Assembly: GCA_965248535.1 (NCBI GenBank)
Contig: CBDFJR010000004.1
Span: 1 to 36,332 of the forward strand
DNA length: 36,332 nucleotides
Direction of reading: 5' to 3'
Origin: Phormidesmis sp.
GTDB lineage: Bacteria > Cyanobacteriota > Cyanobacteriia > Leptolyngbyales > Leptolyngbyaceae
Shown here: positions 29,714 to 36,332 of the stretch, piece after piece
How positions within the stretch are numbered: the first letter of the stretch is position 1
Layout: each line of letters opens with the position of its first letter
Program-made: the position numbers and the translations under genes
The notes under the pieces: model-generated
What the model saw: the letters and a program-made list of their open reading frames with translations, nothing else
Told to the model about the DNA's origin: nothing
The model's database searches: none

Positions 29714-30781
29714 ATGACTCGATCAGCATCTATTCGGACTCAGGGTATCTCGACTTCTCGCCCCTCAGAAACTCTGTCTGACGACCATCCTCCGACGGAC
29801 AAAGCAAAGTCAAATCTGCACACGCTAGCAGCGACTTGGGCCCGAAAGTATATTGTCTCAGTGACTTCAGACTATGACGAAGCGCAGATCAGAAAAATCG
29901 ATCGCTTCTCAGACTACGCTTCCACAGAAGGGCGAAAATATACCACTGAGAAGCTGATGCAAAGCCTGAAATTGGCGAGTGCCCAAGCTTGGTCAATGAC
30001 CGAAGACCTTTTAGCCGTCGAAGTTTTGCGTCATGGAATCGATTCAAAATTGCTTGACCCCTGGCAAATCGCCGCAGACTCTCATCAGCTATTTGAGAAA
30101 GCACTGCTGTCTTATGGGGATCAACTCACCGCCCAGCGTCTTTCGGTTGTGATAGGCGACGACTGTGGGCGGTTGCGACAAAAATATACGGCACAAGACC
30201 CGCGCACGATCGGCTTTGTCAGTATGCAGTTTCACCACACAGGCAAAATTCTCGTCAGCCAGCTTTCGCCCGCCGAACAGGTGCTATTTTCGCCCTATAT
30301 CAAAGTCATGGACGATCACATGTATATGCCGCTGCGAGAAGCTTATCAGGCTGCCGCAACCCATGATACCGATTCTCCTGAGTTGATCACCGTGCAAAAC
30401 TTGTTGCCCCTCAGCAGCCGGGTCGCCCATCGCGTGTGTGAGCAAATTCATCGGCTCAATCCCGGCTACCAAACCTACAGCGGCAGCCTCAATTCGTCAG
30501 ATGTCAGAATCTCCAGCATCCGAGATGTTGAAATGTTTCAGGTTTATCTCTGTCTGTGCATTTTAGAAGGCAATGTATCGTCCGTGCAGAGCCAGTTGTT
30601 TCCCCTCTGCGTGATGCTCTACCCCCGATTGAAGGTAAAGTGGCAAATGGTGCAAGATATGTTGCAAGTGATGGGCTGGGAGCTATATGGGCAACTGTCA
30701 CCCAAAGATATGTCGGTTTTGATCCCCTATCTGCGAACGTTGACAGAAATGTTTTCTCCAGATGTGTTTCAGCCGAGTTAG
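29714..30781 (+). CDS. Hypothetical protein; C-terminal half phycobiliprotein/globin-like
   Basis: Long ORF 37 bp upstream of the response regulator. Residues ~230-348 align ungapped by eye with allophycocyanin alpha as recalled (see findings). Confidence 0.75.
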   Translation: MTRSASIRTQGISTSRPSETLSDDHPPTDKAKSNLHTLAATWARKYIVSVTSDYDEAQIRKIDRFSDYASTEGRKYTTEKLMQSLKLASAQAWSMTEDLLAVEVLRHGIDSKLLDPWQIAADSHQLFEKALLSYGDQLTAQRLSVVIGDDCGRLRQKYTAQDPRTIGFVSMQFHHTGKILVSQLSPAEQVLFSPYIKVMDDHMYMPLREAYQAAATHDTDSPELITVQNLLPLSSRVAHRVCEQIHRLNPGYQTYSGSLNSSDVRISSIRDVEMFQVYLCLCILEGNVSSVQSQLFPLCVMLYPRLKVKWQMVQDMLQVMGWELYGQLSPKDMSVLIPYLRTLTEMFSPDVFQPS

Positions 30782-30818
30782 CCGATTACGGCGAGTCAAG
30801 ACTCATTGAGGCGGCTTC

Positions 30819-31505
30819 ATGCGAATTTTAGTCGTTGAAGATGATGTGCAACTAGCTGAAGTGCTGACTGAGGCCCTGACCGATCGCCAATATGCTGTGG
30901 ATGTCGTGCAAGACGGAGAAGTGGCGTGGGAGTGGTTTAACTCCCTTCACTATGATCTGATTGTGCTAGATCTGACCCTGCCAAAACTGGATGGGGTGAG
31001 TTTTTGTCAACGCCTGCGAAGTCGCAACTTTACTGCCCCGGTGATGATGTTGACGGCCCGTGACACGATCGCTGACAAAATCATTGGGTTAGATGCGGGC
31101 GCAGATGACTATATGGTTAAGCCCTTTGACCTGCAAGAGCTAATGGCCCGCATTCGAGCGCTCTTGCGTCGAGGCAGCAGCGCCATCCTGACTGGGTTTG
31201 GGTGGGGCAGTCTGCGTCTCGACTCTAGCACCTATGAAGTCACCTACAAAGACGAGCCGATTCAGCTAACCCCTAAGGAATATGCGCTGCTAGAACTGCT
31301 GGTAACCAATGGGCGGCGAGTGTTAAGCCGCGCTGGGATCATTGAACGCATTTGGACGCTGCAAGACCCACCCACCGAAGAGACGGTTAAGTCTCACATC
31401 AAAGGTTTACGCCAAAAGCTCAAGGCCGCTGGTGCCCCAGACGACTTGATCGAAACCGTTCACGGGCTGGGTTATCGGCTCAAAAAGACCGAGGAAAGCG
31501 CCTAA
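30819..31505 (+). CDS. OmpR/PhoB family response regulator
   Basis: MRILVVEDD, LDLTLP, LTARD, GADDYMVKPF, LTPKEY and TVHGLGYRL. Confidence 0.96.
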   Translation: MRILVVEDDVQLAEVLTEALTDRQYAVDVVQDGEVAWEWFNSLHYDLIVLDLTLPKLDGVSFCQRLRSRNFTAPVMMLTARDTIADKIIGLDAGADDYMVKPFDLQELMARIRALLRRGSSAILTGFGWGSLRLDSSTYEVTYKDEPIQLTPKEYALLELLVTNGRRVLSRAGIIERIWTLQDPPTEETVKSHIKGLRQKLKAAGAPDDLIETVHGLGYRLKKTEESA

Positions 31506-31541
31506 ATATGGCTATGGAACAGGTGACTCGACTACCGACCG

Positions 31542-34500
31542 CTATGGCTCAACAAAGATCATGCCTGCGGCAAGTTGAATCACATTTAGCTCAGTGTTGT
31601 GGCGATCGACGATCATCTTCTTCTTGATTTCTAATTCTCGGTTCACTTTGCGGAGTTGCCCTTCTGTGGCAGGCACCATTCGGAGCTTGCCTGATTGTTG
31701 AAAGGTTTGAATGCGTTCTTCAAGCTGTTGTTGGCGACGATCGGCGTAGCTTTCTGCACTGCGTCGTTGAACGTTGCAACGGCTGTCATTCTCAGCATCA
31801 AATTCTGCTGATGCCTGATCAAAGCCTGTTTCTAGTGCATCATCGCAATCGCAATAAAGTGCCAAGACTCGATCGAGATCTTCTAACAAATTAGCGGCAT
31901 TCAGCTTTGCTTTTCCCCAACGGGCTGCCCGATAGACGAGGCGTTCTGATTGATCATCAGACAATAATTTGCCATCGGAATATTGAGCAACTTTGTAAGC
32001 AAGACGGCTCTCAGAACGCAATCCCTGAAACAGCCAGTGATGAATCACATACACATATTGCCCCGGCGCAACATCAACGTCTGACTGCTGACAGCGAATG
32101 GCTGCGATCGGGTGAATCTGAGCATCATTGTCGTAGCTGTGCCGAATCCATTGAATCAGCGGATGGGTGGGATCAAGCAGCTCGATCGGCTTTCCTTTAT
32201 CTCTGCCCGGTTGTTCTGCAAGGCGAGGGTCAAACAAACAAAGCGCAGGCGATCGATGTAAGCGAGTTTGAGTCGCAAATCGATGGTGCTTGAGGAACAA
32301 CTCTAAATCTCCTTTGGCATCTTCGGTGAGCTTGATCTCAGAGATAGCCTCTCTACCTTGAACGGGTTTAATGGTGGTGCCCAAATAATAGCGAGCAAAA
32401 TAGTCTTCAACAAATGAGTGTAATTCTTCTGAGGTCAGCCATCGACCTTGATTGCGGCTTTTGCTAACCGCATCAAGAATTTGATCTGAGAACGCCATTA
32501 GATTGACGGATTCTTGTTCTAATTGGTCTTGTTGGAGGCGTTGTTTGAGGATGGCGCTGGCAGTTTCGTCAGCGCGTTTGAGTCGCTCGGCATCGGTCAG
32601 GTCGGGTTCAAAGAGTGTAACGAGGAGTTTTTCGGTCGCCTCTCCGAGAATATTTTCTAAATCGCCAATGCTTTCTTGAAAGACATTGATGCGCTGATAT
32701 AAGCGATCGAGAATCCGTTCTTCAATCGTGTCTACCAAACTGAAATTAATGATTGAGATGCGATCGGCTTTTTGCCCTAAGCGATCAATCCGTCCAATTC
32801 GCTGTTCGACTCGCATTGGATTCCAGGGCAAATCATAATTGATCAAAAAGCGACAGAATTGCAGGTCAATTCCTTCGCTGCCGACTTCTGAAGACAAGAG
32901 AATTGAGGTTTTGCCTTGCTTAAATTGTGCCAATATGTCTTGTTTTTGATCACCCATCCCACCCAAGATCAAACTGGTCTGAATTCCATCTGCTTCTAAG
33001 CGGCGTTGCAAATAGTGGAGGGTGCCGCGAAAGTAGGCGAACAGAACAAATTGCTCGTCTGGATTTTTCTTAAGTTCGCGGCGTAGACACTGAACAAGCG
33101 ATCGATATTTGGTGTCTTCAGATTCGAGTTGAGCGTAGTTAATAGTTTCTAAGGGCAATGTCTCCCGATCGGGCAATGGTTCAGTTTCTAACTGCGTCGT
33201 TGAAATGCCCGATTCCCAAAATAGTTCATCTTGAAATTCATCCAATATTCCTTGCTCTGACCAGGTTTTTAGCGCCGCGACAAGACAGCTTGCCATCTGC
33301 CGCTGACGGGCAATCAATCGAAACAGTGAAACACCTTGCTTGCCTCTGCTTTGTTTGCGAATGGCTTGAGTCACCGACTCATAAATTTCTTTTTCTAAAG
33401 TAGAGAAATGAACCTTTAACGTTTGTGGGGCGCGTTCAACCCGATCGGGTAACACATCGCGTTTACGACTGCGGGTGAGATATTGACTGACTAATGAAGC
33501 GCTTTCTAGTTTGTAACCGAGTCTGACTTGTGTTTCTGCGTCGATCGTCTCCGGCGTTTCCAACGTTTTTTGAATTTGCTTCAATACAGAATTATGTTGA
33601 AAGTAATCGGACTGAAGGGCACGATCGAGTTCACGCTTTGCCGTTGAGAAATTGGGAGGATGACTCCACAGCGATCGCAGCGCCCGAATCAGCGGCGCAT
33701 TTGCCTCCAACATTTGATGAAAAATTGTCTCGTCAAAAAAGTCTTCTGGGCTAACGATCTTTAGCAGTTGATACAGGTTATTGTTCTGAGTCTGAATCGG
33801 GGTTGCTGTCAGCAGCACTAGATGACGAGCCGCATCTCTCACCAGTTGCCCTAAACGATGATTGGCGGTGGCTTGGTTGCGGAGATAATGCGCTTCATCA
33901 ATAATCACCAAATCAAACACACTCAACTCATCGGCAGCAGGATTGTTGTTGTTATTGTTGTCTAACAATCTTGCGAGTTCTGCCTTGGCTCCCGAAGTGG
34001 TTTCATCTTCCCAATTGGCGCTGGGGCGAAGCCCTTCTAAGCTAGCGATACACACAAAGGGATGCTGATATTGGCTTTGCAAAACGTGCTTGACTTCTCC
34101 TAAGAGCGCTTGGGCGTTGGTGAGGTTGGCAATGATATTAAACCGTTGTTGCAGATCATCGCGCCATTTTTCTCGCAAAATTGCAGGACAAATGATTAAT
34201 AAACGACGGGCATCGGCTCTGGCTTGCAGTTCTTTCCAGATGTATATCGCCTCGATCGTTTTCCCCAGTCCTACTTCGTCTGCAACCAGCAATCGCCCTA
34301 CCGGAGATTCTAAAAACTTCAGCACAGGTTTAAACTGATGCGGGTAGAAGTCGGTATGGCTCGACTCCATGCTGTAGAAGATGTTGGTTAATTGCCCTTT
34401 TACCTTCTCAAACGTGAGAATTCGGCGCAGATCATCGGCTCCGCTAAATTTTCCTTGTTCTAACAGCGCAAAAAGTCCTTCTGGTTCTCCACAAAGCTCT

Positions 34501-34673
34501 AAAAGGTTGTAGGGCTTATAGGATTTTTCGTTGGGGCTAAATTGAACTTGCACGAGCAGCCGAGTTCCAGAAGCGCGAGTTTTTCCGGTCGTGGTGCCAC
34601 GATGTCCCGGATTGGCTTTTACACGCACTTCTTGCCCGGAAATAGCCGGGTTCCAACTAGTAGGGTCACTCAT
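31542..34673 (-). CDS. SNF2-family (RapA/DrmD-like) SF2 helicase/ATPase
   Basis: YPHQ, ADEVGLGKT, DEAH, LTATP, SEVGSEGIDLQ and YDLPWNPMRVEQRIGRIDRLGQ; C-terminal helical/coiled region. Confidence 0.93.
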   Translation of the reverse strand: MSDPTSWNPAISGQEVRVKANPGHRGTTTGKTRASGTRLLVQVQFSPNEKSYKPYNLLELCGEPEGLFALLEQGKFSGADDLRRILTFEKVKGQLTNIFYSMESSHTDFYPHQFKPVLKFLESPVGRLLVADEVGLGKTIEAIYIWKELQARADARRLLIICPAILREKWRDDLQQRFNIIANLTNAQALLGEVKHVLQSQYQHPFVCIASLEGLRPSANWEDETTSGAKAELARLLDNNNNNNPAADELSVFDLVIIDEAHYLRNQATANHRLGQLVRDAARHLVLLTATPIQTQNNNLYQLLKIVSPEDFFDETIFHQMLEANAPLIRALRSLWSHPPNFSTAKRELDRALQSDYFQHNSVLKQIQKTLETPETIDAETQVRLGYKLESASLVSQYLTRSRKRDVLPDRVERAPQTLKVHFSTLEKEIYESVTQAIRKQSRGKQGVSLFRLIARQRQMASCLVAALKTWSEQGILDEFQDELFWESGISTTQLETEPLPDRETLPLETINYAQLESEDTKYRSLVQCLRRELKKNPDEQFVLFAYFRGTLHYLQRRLEADGIQTSLILGGMGDQKQDILAQFKQGKTSILLSSEVGSEGIDLQFCRFLINYDLPWNPMRVEQRIGRIDRLGQKADRISIINFSLVDTIEERILDRLYQRINVFQESIGDLENILGEATEKLLVTLFEPDLTDAERLKRADETASAILKQRLQQDQLEQESVNLMAFSDQILDAVSKSRNQGRWLTSEELHSFVEDYFARYYLGTTIKPVQGREAISEIKLTEDAKGDLELFLKHHRFATQTRLHRSPALCLFDPRLAEQPGRDKGKPIELLDPTHPLIQWIRHSYDNDAQIHPIAAIRCQQSDVDVAPGQYVYVIHHWLFQGLRSESRLAYKVAQYSDGKLLSDDQSERLVYRAARWGKAKLNAANLLEDLDRVLALYCDCDDALETGFDQASAEFDAENDSRCNVQRRSAESYADRRQQQLEERIQTFQQSGKLRMVPATEGQLRKVNRELEIKKKMIVDRHNTELNVIQLAAGMIFVEP

Positions 34674-34702
34674 TGGTTATACGCCTTTGCTCTTGGGTAA
34701 CT

Positions 34703-36331
34703 TCATCTCGGTTCGTTGGCTTTAGGTGCTTTACCCATCGGATCTTCTCCTTTAGGGGGTGCTGGCTTGATTTGCTCCATCTCGCTTGGAAGTCTTATCT
34801 CTGGCTGCTCTCCAGTAGGGATCGACAACCCATAGGCGACTGCAAATCGATGAAACTCGCGGTTGCTGATGCCGTTCGTTTCCAAATCTTTGGGTGCTGG
34901 CAGCGATCGCACCGCATACTCTGGAATTCCATAATTCTTGTGTGGAACATCTTTGTGAGTTGAGGTGATCGCCTGCGTGTAAAAAGAAGTTTGTCCGCCA
35001 CCACCGCCGATTAAAATTTCTAAAGGTTTCTCAAAGCCACGCCGCGATAGCTTGAAGCCGTGCTCACCATATCTCTGACTCCCCTTAGAGACAACATCAG
35101 CAATCATTCGTTGAATCTCTTTTCGAGCCGTACTCGCTTGAAATTGATCGGAATAACGGGTCGAGTTTCCACAGATAGTGTTTTTAGCATCCGTTTCTGC
35201 AATCCCTAACTCCTGTGCCAGCCGATGAGAAAAGGCAGTCACACCCAAAGGATTGACTTTGCCAAAGAAAAAATCAACTTTCTTCTCGCCGTCATCATTC
35301 CAGTACCGAAACGAGCTTCCGTCTAGAGTTCCATCGCCCACATCAAAGAGGACATAAAATCCTTCATCCACTTCACGCGAGTTGAGTAACGACCACACTT
35401 CAGCCGCGATTTCTGGAATCGCATGGCAATCGATCGGGGTTTCTTTTAGCGTTGCTCTCAGTGGTTTCATGCGATCGCGCAAATTCTCGATCGTCATCTG
35501 CTCAGTCTGAGGTTCATTACTTAACAACCAGGCGAGCGAGAGAACTTTTTGAAAGCGGTTCTTTGCTGGAGAATCACAATACTCAACCGGAACGCCAACA
35601 TTCGCAGACCAATCAATTTTCTGGTTGATGATCAGTTCTGGTTTGTTATGGCGAATCCAAGCTTTAGCGCGAGTCATGACACGATTTAAATAATAGGCAC
35701 AAAGATTTTCAATGGTTTCGGCATCCCTCAGTCCTGGTAATTTTTTGAGCTGCCAGCTTTCCGCACTTTGAGGAAGATCAAAATTTGCCAGACGCATTTT
35801 GATAAATTCCACCGTTGTCTGCACCTGATTTTCATAGGGTTGCCATTCAGAAGCGGTCAATCCAGCAATCAACGTGCCATCGGGCAGAATTCCGATTTTT
35901 GTCGGCAGTAAGGCTTCTTCTAGGTGAGTAGCTTCGTCGGTAAAAGTGACAACCTCCGATCGGTCTCTCGCCACATCTCGAAAACAAACTTTTGTAAAGC
36001 TGGTGCCAAAATCAATCCCTAAGTTCAGCACCAAATCTTCTAAATCATTAAGTCCGTCAACGTCAGGAGGACTGATCGGAGCCTGCTCAACTTCGGGTTC
36101 TAGTCCGATTGGCAAGGGTTCGTCAGTTTGTCGAGCTTCGATCGTCCTCAGCCGTTCTTGAAGTTGCTCGATTTGTTCTACAAACTTAGGAAATGCTTGT
36201 TGCAGGGCTTGAAACTCACCCCAATTGAGAGCCGTCGCTTGAAGCTGTTGACGAATGACTAAAATCTCTTGAGATAAATTTTCCCGCACTTGAGAGAGTT
36301 GCGCGTTTAACCCTGAATCTGTCGTTAGTGC
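34703..36331 (-). CDS. Coiled-coil plus actin/Hsp70-like (ASKHA) ATPase; 5' end lies outside the window
   Basis: LGIDFGTSFTKV (phosphate 1), IPEIAAE (connect), FDVGDGTLD (phosphate 2), IGGGGG (adenosine) and AVAYGL. The frame stays open upstream of GTG 36289 to the window edge (ALTTDSGLNAQLSQV). Confidence 0.82.
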   Translation of the reverse strand, partial: ALTTDSGLNAQLSQVRENLSQEILVIRQQLQATALNWGEFQALQQAFPKFVEQIEQLQERLRTIEARQTDEPLPIGLEPEVEQAPISPPDVDGLNDLEDLVLNLGIDFGTSFTKVCFRDVARDRSEVVTFTDEATHLEEALLPTKIGILPDGTLIAGLTASEWQPYENQVQTTVEFIKMRLANFDLPQSAESWQLKKLPGLRDAETIENLCAYYLNRVMTRAKAWIRHNKPELIINQKIDWSANVGVPVEYCDSPAKNRFQKVLSLAWLLSNEPQTEQMTIENLRDRMKPLRATLKETPIDCHAIPEIAAEVWSLLNSREVDEGFYVLFDVGDGTLDGSSFRYWNDDGEKKVDFFFGKVNPLGVTAFSHRLAQELGIAETDAKNTICGNSTRYSDQFQASTARKEIQRMIADVVSKGSQRYGEHGFKLSRRGFEKPLEILIGGGGGQTSFYTQAITSTHKDVPHKNYGIPEYAVRSLPAPKDLETNGISNREFHRFAVAYGLSIPTGEQPEIRLPSEMEQIKPAPPKGEDPMGKAPKANEPR

Positions 36332-36332
36332 T

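Larger units (their letters stand above)
47..35478. repeat. Dispersed HIP1 octamer (GCGATCGC), typical of cyanobacterial genomes
   Basis: GCGATCGC recurs throughout, e.g. at 47, 228, 677, 709, 33671, 34903 and 35471, with many CGATCG cores in and between genes. Confidence 0.95.

Noticed and set aside
31542..34673. Naming the helicase rapA, drmD or zorD
   Set aside because: Only the generic SNF2 core is recognisable, and the defining partner genes are not in the window.
47..35478. HIP1 abundance as a novel signal
   Set aside because: A well-known cyanobacterial genome feature.
34703..36331. Naming the ATPase dnaK or mreB
   Set aside because: No Hsp70 substrate-binding domain and no MreB-level similarity; it has an extra N-terminal coiled coil.

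Overview
Cyanobacterial chromosomal window, judged from abundant HIP1 GCGATCGC, psb28, a pentapeptide-repeat kinase and cyanobacterial-type pilMNOQ. Most of it is housekeeping or envelope genes: M48 peptidase, SpkB-like kinase, pheT, YciI, MogA/MoaB, psb28, DUF1565/SLH protein, TerB-C protein, MFS transporter, pilM-N-O-Q, sugar-binding lipoprotein, folC and a PhnDCE-like ABC transporter. Four accessory modules stand out. (1) A two-component locus in which a CHASE3 kinase and an OmpR regulator flank a 355-aa protein; its C-terminal half aligns without gaps to allophycocyanin alpha as I recall it, with Ser at the bilin-binding Cys. (2) A coiled-coil plus actin/Hsp70-like ATPase gene followed directly by a SNF2 helicase, a candidate defence operon cut by the window edge. 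(3) A MenA/MenT-like antitoxin-nucleotidyltransferase fusion with a natural D-to-A change in the catalytic motif, convergent on an acidic orphan gene. (4) A small XRE repressor with a perfect palindromic operator and a divergent small basic protein. pilQ and the SLH gene are split by indels in short G/C runs, more likely sequencing errors than real lesions. No rRNA, tRNA, CRISPR array or transposase was seen. All family calls come from motifs read by eye and recalled family knowledge; no searches were run.
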